From contig CM000207.1 in NCBI GenBank assembly GCA_000002445.1, forward strand, positions 640,001-704,000: a stretch of DNA of 64,000 nt, read 5' to 3'. Below, piece by piece: positions 1 through 10,509 of this stretch; position 1 is the first letter of the stretch; every line of letters starts with the position of its first letter. Under the pieces are notes generated by a model, which saw only the letters and a list, made by a program, of their open reading frames with translations, did no database searches and was not told the DNA's origin. A program made the position numbers and the translations under genes. Source of the DNA: Trypanosoma brucei. Taxonomy: Eukaryota.

Positions 1-1615
1 CCTCAGATTGAGAACTCCTTTCTCGACAGTGTGGGATTCAATAGCCCGAGCACTGCGTGCACCCCGACTCGGAGCGGCAGGGAAACGATCATGCAGGGAA
101 TCGAGCACCGCCACATTTTCCCTCATTTTTTTGGAAGAATGCGGTGGGGTCACGACGGCAAGTAACCAACATGATCACAGGCGTGACGGGTGGAGAGAGC
201 GGGGAAGATGCGGTTGAGTTGGCTCAGCTGATCATCGTTAGGGGTGTAGTTTGCAAGAGGGGAGTGGAATGTTACCTGAAATGGGAAGCCGTCGATTAAA
301 CATTCAGTGAAGTCATAAGAAAAGCCGGACCTTCTGGACTACCCTATGCATAATGAGTTGGATGCTGCCAAGTGTTAGTGTAACAAAGTGGGGAAGACTT
401 ACCGCAAAAGGAAAGCTTGGTGTGGATCGTTTTCGGGGTTGCAAGCACGGCCCTATCCCTCGAGTGGGCTGAGGGAAGATGCGCCGTGCGAAGAGAAAAA
501 TAGAGGTGTCCGTTGCCATCCACCACCAAACCTGAACAGAAGGTTCTGCTGAATTGGATATGCCGAGCGGTGGAGAAACTTTCATATTTGATAAGGCAGA
601 AAGACGGCTGAGTTACGCAGAAGGATCGGTAAGCTGCCACGTGACTTCCGAGGGGGGAGGGCTGCAATGAAGATTGTGCTTGAAAGGCCTCTAAGAGAAA
701 CGGCATACAAGGCAAAGGGTGGGGTCCGGGTTAGAGACGTTCAACAAATTCGAACCGTCCCTCTTTTCTTTAAAGGCGGAACCAACACGTATAAAAGGTT
801 ACGTCCTTCGCCCTATATGGAGAAGGGATCGGTGCAGCTCGTTAGGAATATGCCCCTATAAGTGCATTATGTTTTCTATTGCTCTAATTTTTATTGAAAC
901 TAATTACCCGGCTACGGGGGCGGGTCTACAACCGGAACACCCTCCGTGCGGCACTAATACCGTGATATAGTTGTCGATTCAAAAGGCATCAGCGGTGAAT
1001 ACTTCAATTTTAACGCAGCAGTTTGAGGGCCGTCACGCACGGTATCAACGCTTTCTCTCATACCCCTTCTGCTAGGAAAGATATGGAAGCGGCGCGGAGA
1101 CAAGAGAAATTTCCCGCTTGGTTTTTCTTCTGGCGCAACGAAACGGTTCGGATGATATCTAGGATGGCTGAGCAACTGCATCAACCGAATGAGAGACGCG
1201 GTTGGTGCAGAATAGAGCAAATAATGAGGAGTCGCCGCCCCCTACACACACACACACATAATGTGAAGTTTAGTCGGAACAGCTCATACCTCGCGTGGTG
1301 GATAAACGTTTGGCGCCCAGTGATACGCCCGGGCAGTGATGCGGTATCGTTCCAGCGATTAACGTGGGTTGCTCATGCGACGGGGAAAAAAATCTGTAGA
1401 AAGGGTTGGACAAGGAACGAGTTGGAAAAACGCCTCAGAACGCGATGGGAATGTCGGGGATTGTGCATATCCTTTGTATGCGCGTGACTGTCCAGGACGC
1501 CCAAACACCCGAGAGTGCGCGCCATCAAACACAGAGGGGCGCTGCTATCCGAAACGAGCGACACCCAATGCGTGCACGTGTGGTTGTGTGGGAGAGCGCG
1601 GGGGGGGGGGGGGGG
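1..1615. repeat. Copy A of a >=1.6 kb interspersed/inverted repeat (reverse-complement partner at 49746..51353); truncated by the window edge
   Basis: ORF translations from 8..217, 344..715, 719..970, 954..1220, 1023..1487 and 1369..1680 recur almost residue-for-residue on the opposite strand at 51137..51445, 50639..51010, 50384..50635, 50134..50400, 49869..50331 and 49586..49987. Window pos 1-24 (cctcagattgagaactcctttctc) is the reverse complement of 51330..51353. Similarity ends at an 18-nt G-run (1598..1615). Many stop codons, no convincing ORF. Confidence 0.85.
1244..1258. repeat. (CA)n microsatellite inside repeat copy A (mirrored as (GT)n near 50099..50112 in copy B)
   Basis: acacacacacacaca seen directly. 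Confidence 0.8.
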
Positions 1616-2271
1616 AGTGGTGGGCTCGATGGCTGAAAGATACGGCTAATACGATGGTGCCCGATGTCTGCGGTGTCTGAAAACGCGTTTTATAGCAGTC
1701 CAACCAGGGGTGTGTATGGCGCACAAGGATTGAGGAGGAGAGTCAGCAGTAGGAACGCAATCGCAGGTAATGGCAGGAGGGGGTGCGTGTGTGTTGGGGG
1801 GGGGGGGGCAGTGCGGTGGTGATGTATTGCCGAGGTCGGTGCATTTTATGCCGGTGCTGGCAGTTGTTAGTGAATAAGAACGCTGGGACATAGTTCTGTG
1901 GGCCTTATTCGGTAGGGTACAGTCTTTTTTTCTTGTTGTCATGCCTATGTGTGGGGAAGTGGGGATGCGGGTCAGCACCGTGGTTTATGTGACTCTTGTT
2001 GCTGTGCCCTCGCTCGTTGATGCATTTCACCATCAGCTTTACAGATGTGTGCGCTTCTTACGTTAATGGATGCTGACGTCGGCATTTTTTTTTTTGATGC
2101 TATTGATGGGTTTGGTAAAGTGTTACCTGGAGATTGTAGAAACTTGCGGGCGGTCAGGTGTAATTTTTTTAAATCGGTCCCTTCCATGTGAAATGACTAA
2201 GTGTTGTGTTCACTACTGGCAAGGTATGATTTCCTGGACTCAACTTTAACGTTTAGAATGGTTTGTCATTT

Positions 2272-2330
2272 TTTTCCTCGTTTTTTTGTACAACTGCCTC
2301 TGATTATTGTTGTGAGTTTTTCTTCAATTA
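2272..2330 (+). promoter_or_regulatory. Polypyrimidine-rich tract upstream of the PPX1 ATG; candidate trans-splicing signal
   Basis: T/C-rich run (ttttttcctcgtttttttgtacaactgcctctgattattgttgtgagtttttcttc) followed by AG dinucleotides, 40-100 nt upstream of ATG 2371. Kinetoplastid trans-splice acceptor architecture is established knowledge; exact site not determinable by eye. Confidence 0.4.
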
Positions 2331-2370
2331 TATTTTGTCCTACGCTTTGGGCACTTTCCGGCCTTAAGAT

Positions 2371-3522
2371 ATGACGGCAGTGGTGAATGAGTTCCTTAAG
2401 CGCGGTGTACGAGCGTTAGCAGCTCGCCAGGATTCCGTTCTTGTGATGGGTAACGAAGGAGGTGACATGGACACCGTGATTGGCTCTATATTTCTGGCGA
2501 TGTACCTGGAAAAGCGTGACGTATTTGGTGTTGGTAGTTACGTTCCTGTACTAAACTTCGAAAAGGATGACTTACCACTGCGACAAGATGTGGTTAAGTT
2601 ACTGTCACGACACAACGTTTCTACAGACAGTATTTACTCAGTCAAGCAAAGTGGGAATGGTGTGGATTTCCTGGACCTACATCAAATGAAGCTTCCCATC
2701 GTTTTGTATGATCACAACAAGCTAAGTCCTGAGCAGGTTTATTTGGGAGAAAGGATCGTGGGTGTGGTCGACCATCACGAAGATGAGCAACTATACGTGG
2801 ATCAGACCAAATGCCTCCGAAGGATTTGCAAGACGGGTTCGGCTTGCACCCTTGTTGCAGAACTTTTCAACGAGGCGGGGTTGGAGGTTCCGTGCCCTGA
2901 GCTCCTCTTAGCCCCAATTGTAGTAGATACTGTAAACTTTGAACCGTCGCAAAAGAGGGTAACTGAACGAGACATTTTGGCCTCCAGGCTGCTGGTTGGG
3001 CGGGACGATTGCGGCGACTACCTGACGGGCATGTTTAAAGAACTAATGGCGTGGAAAAATGATATCCACTGCCTCACTGTTCCTCAGCACCTACGGCGGG
3101 ACTATAAAAACTTTGAATTTCCCTTTATTAGTGCTGAAAACAAGATATTGCGAGTTGGAATAAGCAGTATTTCGTGTCGTTCTGACGAATTACTATCCGT
3201 CCATGGTGTGAGTAGTGTGTCATCAAATTGCATTGAATTCATCAAACAGAGGTCAATCGACATGCTTCTCTTGACCTTCGCTGGTGAAAGAACTCCAGGG
3301 AGTTACTGTCGTCAGTTAGGTGTTGTTGCGAAGGATGAGGGACTCGCGGCTCTGCAAGCCTATTGTAAGAAATCACCCAGCGGGCTCGACTTTACTCTTC
3401 TGGAGGATGTAACAGTTAATGAGTGGGCCTTTTCAATTTACGAGCTGAGCGACCCTTCCGTGTCTCGGAAAAAGTTGGTTCCATCGCTGACTAGTTTTTT
3501 GTCAGTGTGGAACAATTTGTAA
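2371..3522 (+). CDS. PPX1: Exopolyphosphatase / DHH-family phosphoesterase (prune-like), 383 aa
   Basis: ATG at 2371. DHH-family motifs: NEGGDMDTVIGS (motif I/II Asp) and GVVDHHEDEQ (DHH motif III); 383 aa, the same size as characterised trypanosome PPX1. Confidence 0.85.
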   Translation: MTAVVNEFLKRGVRALAARQDSVLVMGNEGGDMDTVIGSIFLAMYLEKRDVFGVGSYVPVLNFEKDDLPLRQDVVKLLSRHNVSTDSIYSVKQSGNGVDFLDLHQMKLPIVLYDHNKLSPEQVYLGERIVGVVDHHEDEQLYVDQTKCLRRICKTGSACTLVAELFNEAGLEVPCPELLLAPIVVDTVNFEPSQKRVTERDILASRLLVGRDDCGDYLTGMFKELMAWKNDIHCLTVPQHLRRDYKNFEFPFISAENKILRVGISSISCRSDELLSVHGVSSVSSNCIEFIKQRSIDMLLLTFAGERTPGSYCRQLGVVAKDEGLAALQAYCKKSPSGLDFTLLEDVTVNEWAFSIYELSDPSVSRKKLVPSLTSFLSVWNNL

Positions 3523-5345
3523 AGATAAAAGAAAAAGAAAAATGGACCATTTTGTTATGTTGATCTGTCTTGTTGTGACCGGCACTATTACTTTAAGGCT
3601 AAACTCCATGTGAGAATGTCCGTAATAACACAACTTCGCACTGTCCTTTCGTTGTATTTGTTGGTGATGGGAACTTGCTTGCACTGGTCGTACCAATGAT
3701 GTTGCCTACTGTTGTTTTCTATATAAACTGTTGGTGACTGCGTCTACTGTTGCGCCATCGAAGGGAAAGATAGAGTAGCACCATGACGTCTAGGTCTTTT
3801 TAGTTATGATTTGCGGTCGCCCCGACTGGTGTACCTGCCACGATTCCATAACTCCTGACCCCTCCTCCTGAACAGCCTGAGCTTATCGATTTGCTTCGCG
3901 GGGGGCATGCTGCTGTGCTACCAGCCAGTTACACTAAGTATTGAAAATAAACATCGAGGCGTCTTTTTCTGGGGAACTTTGGAGTGCGGGGTTTCAATTT
4001 TACTGGAGTGTCGCAAAACTAGTAACGAGTCTGGTTGAGTGCTCCGACTTTAACCTTTGCCATGTAAGGAAAGGTACGTAGGTCCGCAGCCTCACAAGCA
4101 GTGATTTTAATAAACTCTTCGAACTTCTTTACCTCGCACGAGATTGTAGCTGCTGATACGTCACACTTGTTTTGCTGATCATGCGAAATACTCAGGTTTG
4201 TTGTTGGTGGACACTCTTCCTTTGCCCTAGCTTCCATGAAAGGTGCATGAATACTAAGAAAAATAGTGAAGACGGAGATATGTTGTACGAATGGGTGTGC
4301 CGTCTTTGTTAGATGTGGTTCAAACCACAACGTCATATACGCGTATACTTGGGAACCAAAAAGTGGCGTTGAAGTTGAGTGTCTTTTTTGCCTGTTGTAA
4401 TGAAACTGGAACAGATTTCTCTCTTCAGTGATGTTACTTTGTTAATGCACTTTCTGTGTTGGCCCGACAGTGTCGACAGAATGCACAACCAGAAGGAAAA
4501 AGAGTTAGAGGCTCTAACCGAGATGTTGGCGGCATGAAGAATGATGGTAAAATTGATTTCCCCCTTTGAACTGGAAGAACATCTTGTCAGTGCATCAGTT
4601 CCTGGGGGGGGGGGTGCCTTATTCTTTGTTGTTAATATTGTTTGGCCACACAGATAACAGTTGAATTCAACTGCTGATTGATGCTAACTATGTCAAAATC
4701 TACATTGTTGCTTATATGCGCGTGTCTGCGAAAGCAGATTGTTATCGGTTCGATTGGCTACATATGCATGCCCGCATTTCAGAACTGAATGTCTGTTCGA
4801 GATCCCGTTGCCGCACAGAATCTGGCGTGAAAACACAAGGGGATGCATTCAAGGGATCACACTTGCGATGGGGGAGTGCAATAATTCACACCCGGAAATC
4901 GGGAAGGAATTAGTTCTCACGCTCCCTTTTATTTTGTATTCCTTTGGGAGTGCTGAGGTGCATGTGACGTGCTGCCACTTGAGTTATTTCCACGTTGAAG
5001 ACGAAGGCTGAAATGGCCGCTCGTTAAAGTGTCGTTCCAAGGATACTAATGAAATTCATCAATATTCCAGTTGAACGATACATTGGCAGGTTGTTATATG
5101 CTCCGTTTAACGGCAATCCTTACTGAGTGGCCGCGGTTGGCTCATCACGGCTATTTTCCTTTTAGTTTCATCATAAGCATTCAGTAGAAAGTTACTATTA
5201 TTCTTGATATTTTGGTGGTTGTGATGTGGAGTTAAAAGGCTTTATGCAACTCTTCTTGTTACATCGCTGTTGCTGCTATGTGTGCAGTTTTTTCTTCCAG
5301 TAGGCTGAAGGCGGTACCCATATTTTTGCTGAACCAAATTTACAA

Positions 5346-5516
5346 ATGTCGCGCGGCAACCAACGGGAACTTGCTCGCGAAAAGAACTTGAAAAAGAAGG
5401 AGAAGACAAAGGGGCAACGGGACGACGGATTAACTTTCGCCCAACGAAAAGAAGCTGATGCCGAGCGGATGCGCAGAAAGCAAGCGGAGGCTGATGCGCG
5501 GAAGACTGGTTGTTGA
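5346..5516 (+). CDS. SERF/4F5-family small EDRK-rich protein, 56 aa (below the 60-aa ORF-track cutoff)
   Basis: Hand translation from ATG 5346: MSRGNQRELAREKNLKKKEKTKGQRDDGLTFAQRKEADAERMRRKQAEADARKTGC, stop at 5514-5516. N-terminus matches the SERF consensus M(T/S)RGNQR(E/D)LAR(Q/E)KN(L/M)KK. Confidence 0.65.
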   Translation: MSRGNQRELAREKNLKKKEKTKGQRDDGLTFAQRKEADAERMRRKQAEADARKTGC

Positions 5517-5943
5517 ATATGATTTGTTGCGCGGGGCTTCCCATAGGACCCATGAAACTTGTCGACCTATTTGCTAGATACCTGATGGTTTCCCTGTTTT
5601 CTGCCAGAACACAACATTCGTTGAGCCTTCAGTTGAACACCCAATGGTTTCCGGACTGCATGCCAAATACAAGAAACTGGGGGTTGCGGTATGCCGTGTC
5701 TCCCCTTTTTAAATATGAGTAATGAAGGACACGACTTGCATTAATAAAGGACACACTATCCTCCACGATTCTGAGAAGAGCAGTTCAAAAGGAGGGATTA
5801 ACCACAGGACCGCAGATGTTACTTGTTCCTCAATTTTTCAAATAACGTTCAACACTACTCGGCTAGTTGTTTTGCTATTCATTTTCTCCCCCCAATGATC
5901 TTTCATTTTTTCCATCTGGCATTACCTTCTGCGAGTGCAGATT

Positions 5944-6450
5944 ATGTCGTACTACGACAAGTCTGACAAAATAGGCTATGACGACACTGACAAAGAGCTT
6001 AACGAAGAGCTGGAGGAGATGCTCGCTCGAACACCCCCTCATATTCAACGACATTTGCAACATCGTATTCACGATGGCATACTGCAGCGTATGAAAGAGG
6101 ATACCGCGCGAAGGTGCTGGGAGTTCATCAAAAAGTATGAAACATGTGTCAATAGCGTCAAGCCATATGACTTAACGGACTGCCGTCCCCATAGGGACGC
6201 CCTCAATGATTGTGCCCACGAGGTGAACCGCGAACAAATCTATCAAAAGTATCGTATGATGTATCTCCGAGGTGAACTTCTCAGATTACATGAGAGCCGC
6301 CTTGGTCAAAAAATGGAGACCATGAAGGTCCGTGCACCCGATTCGATTAGGGGATGGAAGCCGGACTATGCACCGAAGTATGCGGAAATGATGTCAGATA
6401 TTGGACTAAATTTGGGGCCGGAGGCGGCGGACGAGCGAAAGCTCAGCTAA
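5944..6450 (+). CDS. Twin Cx9C (CHCH-domain) protein, probable mitochondrial intermembrane-space protein, 168 aa
   Basis: Track ORF starts at GTG 5935; first ATG is 5944. CWEFIKKYETC and CRPHRDALNDC each have exactly 9 residues between cysteines (twin Cx9C). Confidence 0.6.
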   Translation: MSYYDKSDKIGYDDTDKELNEELEEMLARTPPHIQRHLQHRIHDGILQRMKEDTARRCWEFIKKYETCVNSVKPYDLTDCRPHRDALNDCAHEVNREQIYQKYRMMYLRGELLRLHESRLGQKMETMKVRAPDSIRGWKPDYAPKYAEMMSDIGLNLGPEAADERKLS

Positions 6451-6614
6451 CAGGTGAAAAAGTGCGCTTCGCTTTCAAAGAAAAAACTTTTTTCCGGAGG
6501 AGTGGAGGGGTGACCGGCCTGCTGTCGGTTTCTATTTCTGTAACCAGGATTCCTTTTCTTTTTTTAAAAAAAAACACGACCTTCCACCATTGTGTTTGTA
6601 TTATAGAAGACTAC

Positions 6615-7835
6615 ATGTTGCATGCCGTTCGCCTACTCTCATGTTGGCGTCCCGCTGCCATTCAACACTTGCCCGACGTTGCCCCCCACGCACCGGTTCA
6701 GGAGGTCGAAAAGTCGCATGCTCGATATCGGCCGCTCTCTCTGAGGGCTAGACAGACTCTTTCGGAAAAATCTGATGACCTTCAGTATCACGTCGTGACT
6801 CAGGAATGGTTTGGGGAACGTGTTGACAGCTTTCTTACATGCCATTATCCCCAGTGGGACTACGAAACTATCAAAAGATTGGTGCAGCAGGGACACATAT
6901 ATAGGTATAGGAAGAACGGGAAAAAGAAATTTACTCGTCTCACAGACAGATTGGAGTTCGATGAACTGCTTGTCGTACCAACACGAGCCTTCTGGGAGAA
7001 GCAACTTGCTCCCCCCAGTGGTGTCCTAGAGGAGACTGACGGGCCGAAGTTTAAGTTGTCAGCTACTGCACGAGAAATGGCTCATAATATGGTGCTATTT
7101 AAAAACGAGCATGTTATAGTAATAAACAAGCCCCATGGTTTACCTATGATGCCGACAGACGACCCTCAGGAGATGAGTATAGCTGCGATGTTGCCAGCCT
7201 GGAAATTCACGAACGTTGCGAAGCCAGTTGTTTGTCATAACCTAGACAGGGAAACTAGTGGGTGCGTTGTGCTAGCTAGGACAAGAAATGCACATCGTAT
7301 GCTGGGTCGAATGTTTGTGAAGCGGGTGGTACCCAATAGTGTGTACTGGAGTTTCTGCGTTGGTAAACCAACGGTTAATTATGGTAGGGTGCGTATGCAC
7401 TTTGACATAACCAGGGGGAATAAAGGCGATATTATCGTTGCAAGGCCTTCGCCGACCAAGACGTCCAAAGTGGCTATCGCTGAGTTTGTTGTCAATGCAA
7501 GCGCCCTAGAGTTTGGTAGCTTTATTTCCTTTTATCCGCTAACAACCCGTCGCCACCAGGAACGAATTATGGCAGCACATGCCCTGCGCTGTCCGGTGTT
7601 GGGGGATGCTAAGTATGGAGGCGACGCGGCCTTTCCATCGTCGCTGTCGCTTTTTTGGGATCCTGAAAACAAGGGTTTGCCACTTCATCTACATCATCGC
7701 AAAATTCAATTACCCTACAAAAATACGGCGGGGGAGTTTATTTGTGTCACTGCCCCTCTTCCCACCCAAATGGAGAAGACATTTAAAAAACTTGGATGGC
7801 CATGTGAAGTGGACGACCCGCTGATACCGGGCTGA
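6615..7835 (+). CDS. RluA-family pseudouridine synthase, ~406 aa
   Basis: Track ORF 6354..7835 overlaps the upstream gene; first in-frame ATG after its stop is 6615 (MLHAVRLL...). Catalytic motif HNLDRETSGCVVLART (RluA HRLD...SG signature) plus a downstream KYGG-type region. Confidence 0.8.
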   Translation: MLHAVRLLSCWRPAAIQHLPDVAPHAPVQEVEKSHARYRPLSLRARQTLSEKSDDLQYHVVTQEWFGERVDSFLTCHYPQWDYETIKRLVQQGHIYRYRKNGKKKFTRLTDRLEFDELLVVPTRAFWEKQLAPPSGVLEETDGPKFKLSATAREMAHNMVLFKNEHVIVINKPHGLPMMPTDDPQEMSIAAMLPAWKFTNVAKPVVCHNLDRETSGCVVLARTRNAHRMLGRMFVKRVVPNSVYWSFCVGKPTVNYGRVRMHFDITRGNKGDIIVARPSPTKTSKVAIAEFVVNASALEFGSFISFYPLTTRRHQERIMAAHALRCPVLGDAKYGGDAAFPSSLSLFWDPENKGLPLHLHHRKIQLPYKNTAGEFICVTAPLPTQMEKTFKKLGWPCEVDDPLIPG

Positions 7836-8182
7836 TATCAATGAATCCCAACGCGCACCCTGTCATGAGGTAGCTTTGTCGTGTGTCTCTTCTAGTTTCT
7901 CTCCGGGTGTTGCTTGCGGGAGCGAGTGCCTCGCGTCGACCGGTTGTAAGACTAGGGTCGATGGACGGTACACGTTGGTGAAAGAACTGAACGGGTGTTG
8001 TTTGACCTTTGCTTTCCTCGCTCTTCCTCCGTCGCTGTTTATATACTTACTCGCTGCTAGAATGAAGATTTTCTTTTCGTGTTTTCACTTCTTTACTCCT
8101 TTTTGCGATGGGTCCACATGCTATATCTAAAAGCATCGGTTAAAATCTGATAGCGTGGGAACAAGTCATTGGCGTGCATGGA

Positions 8183-9253
8183 ATGAACCGAGCGGCTCGC
8201 ATTATTCCCCCACACCGGTACCGCACCGCAGACGGCGAGCAGTTTACGATCAGACATATCAGGAACCGCACCGCATATAACAGCGAGTGGGTAGAGGTCC
8301 GTGAGCGGCTTGTGAGTGGCGCCTCACTGTTACCACAAGTTTTGGATGTAGCGAGCGATTCGTCGTTGTCAGTAATTTTTATTGCTGTTGGAAGTGAGGA
8401 ATCTGCGGAGACCGGGATCATGGGCTATGTTGTTGTAAATATGAGCTTCATAGCATCAAAAACCGTCTCAGTTGCATGGATATCCGTTTTGAATCGCTTC
8501 CGTGGGAGACACGTGGGCCGTTCTCTGTTGCACCATGTAGATAGCTTCTGTCGGGCAAACATGATAAATCACATAGAGGCTATGCGGACGGATGGTTTGA
8601 CGAATCTGTTTAAAAAGTGTGGATTTCGTTTGTCAGCTTCTCCTGTCATATTCAAATCAAAGGCACAACGAAAAGACGTTCAGTTACCCAGCCAACCGCA
8701 AGTCCCCTATTGTATCACCAGCGGTGCCGTAACCCTCCGTTGCACAACTGCGGAAGACAGAAAAGGGTGGTCTTTATGTATTTTGGAAGCGTGCAGCTAC
8801 CTATCCGGCTGTACTGAACTAGTTGTAAATGCCTTTTCGGCCGATTTTCGTGTTTCTGCAGTGAACAGCGAAACTAAACGCATAATAGGGATTGTATCAA
8901 TTGACTCCACTGGATGGATCCCGCTCATTGCATGCCTCCAAGAGTATCGTGGCCAAGGTCTGGGCTCATTTATGATGTTTATTGCTATGGAATGGCTCAG
9001 GCGGCAAGGTGGCAGCGAGGTCACCTTGAGCCCATTAAATGCAAGCGTTGTCAACTTCTACAAGCGTTGGTCCTTTGTCGTGGACAAGAAGTCTGCAGGG
9101 AAGAGAAAGCGTTGCGACGATGGGATCCCTATCCTTGTAAGGAGGCTTAGCGAGGGCGAACGCTTTCTGCCGGATGGGTATGAACTGGAAGATTTCGTTC
9201 ATTTCGCTTCATCAAAGCAGAATGATACCCTCAGGGTGGCTGGGAGCGGCTGA
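8183..9253 (+). CDS. GNAT-family N-acetyltransferase with two tandem GNAT-like halves, ~356 aa
   Basis: First ATG 8183 (track start 8174 is GTG). C-terminal half has acetyl-CoA motif A, EYRGQGLGSFMMFIAMEWL; N-terminal half has a weaker RFRGRHVGRSLLHHV motif. Confidence 0.6.
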   Translation: MNRAARIIPPHRYRTADGEQFTIRHIRNRTAYNSEWVEVRERLVSGASLLPQVLDVASDSSLSVIFIAVGSEESAETGIMGYVVVNMSFIASKTVSVAWISVLNRFRGRHVGRSLLHHVDSFCRANMINHIEAMRTDGLTNLFKKCGFRLSASPVIFKSKAQRKDVQLPSQPQVPYCITSGAVTLRCTTAEDRKGWSLCILEACSYLSGCTELVVNAFSADFRVSAVNSETKRIIGIVSIDSTGWIPLIACLQEYRGQGLGSFMMFIAMEWLRRQGGSEVTLSPLNASVVNFYKRWSFVVDKKSAGKRKRCDDGIPILVRRLSEGERFLPDGYELEDFVHFASSKQNDTLRVAGSG

Positions 9254-9665
9254 GGTGGACAACAAGGAATTTGTCCACGCGGCGAAACTATCAACTCATA
9301 TAACATTAATTAACGCGGCACATGATGGTCGTTGTTCGAGGTGGGCCCCATGGTGTACTAGATATATGCTATGTTGCCACCGGATCCTGATCGCACCCTA
9401 GTGTTTACTTCCTCATCTTGTTTGTATTGTGCCTTTCGTACTTTTGTCTTTTCCACCTTCGGGCTGCTTAGCAACCTATTCATTGAAGTTTTTTCCCCTC
9501 TAGGGTTGTCGTCGTATCGATTGCACGGGGCGTGAAAAGTGAACCGCCCACGTATCGCTCGCATCACCTTCGAGTGGGTAGAAAGTACGAGTCCACACCG
9601 CGTAAGACGTGCTCGTGTGACCGAGCCAGGCAAAGCGGAGTAACTCAGTTCGAAGTAAGGGGAAA

Positions 9666-9989
9666 ATGTCGGTAGTGGATGTTTATAGCGTGGAACAGTT
9701 CAGAAACATAATGAGCGAAGACATTCTCACAGTGGCTTGGTTTACTGCCGTGTGGTGCGGTCCATGCAAAACTATCGAGAGACCTATGGAGAAGATTGCG
9801 TACGAATTTCCAACGGTGAAGTTTGCCAAAGTGGATGCTGACAACAATTCTGAAATAGTGTCCAAGTGCAGGGTGTTACAGCTCCCTACCTTCATTATCG
9901 CGAGGAGCGGAAAAATGCTTGGACATGTGATTGGAGCTAACCCTGGAATGCTGAGACAAAAATTAAGAGATATCATCAAAGACAACTAA
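9666..9989 (+). CDS. TRX: Thioredoxin, 107 aa
   Basis: ATG 9666; canonical WCGPCK active site (VWCGPCKTIERP) in a 107-aa thioredoxin fold. Confidence 0.85.
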   Translation: MSVVDVYSVEQFRNIMSEDILTVAWFTAVWCGPCKTIERPMEKIAYEFPTVKFAKVDADNNSEIVSKCRVLQLPTFIIARSGKMLGHVIGANPGMLRQKLRDIIKDN

Positions 9990-10215
9990 GAGTTCCGGAG
10001 AAAAGGGGCACAGTACAGCGAGTCATACCCCTTTTTTCACAGCACCACGGGGGGAAGTCAGTGGGGTATGGGAATAACAAATCAGGATGGTAAGTCCCAC
10101 TGGCATCTTTTTTTTTTTCTTAAAAGCTTCGGCTGTGCACTGGTGTATGGCGTTTTCTCAGAGTGTAGTAAAGGGAAAATGGAGCAGAATTTCACCGCGT
10201 TCCGGGGAGGGGAAC

Positions 10216-10231
10216 GTGTGTGTGTGTGTGT
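10216..10231. repeat. (GT)8 microsatellite, intergenic
   Basis: gtgtgtgtgtgtgtgt seen directly. Confidence 0.8.
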
Positions 10232-10509
10232 TCTCGCCACATCGCATCCAACTGATGAAGGTAGCTTTCTTGCTTGCGTTCATTGGCAACAATTGTGGGA
10301 TCTCTGTTCGTTCTGCTTCGTGCAGACTCTGGTTTTCTGATTTGCATTGCGTTAACACCGTTCCCGTGCATTTAAGGAAGGAAGCACACTTGTGGAGACC
10401 ATAGGAAAAGCGCAGAGTAGCTTTACAAGTTGAAAGCATTTCATTTGTGCGAGAGTCCCGTACACACGGGAGTGAAGTCAGTTTAAGTGCGGTTTTGCCC
10501 CTATAGCCT

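Noticed and set aside
10087-10404. 105-aa and 90-aa + strand ORFs between the thioredoxin and enkurin genes
   Set aside because: They span a (GT)8 microsatellite and T-runs, have no motifs, and overlap each other in different frames, so they are probably UTR sequence.
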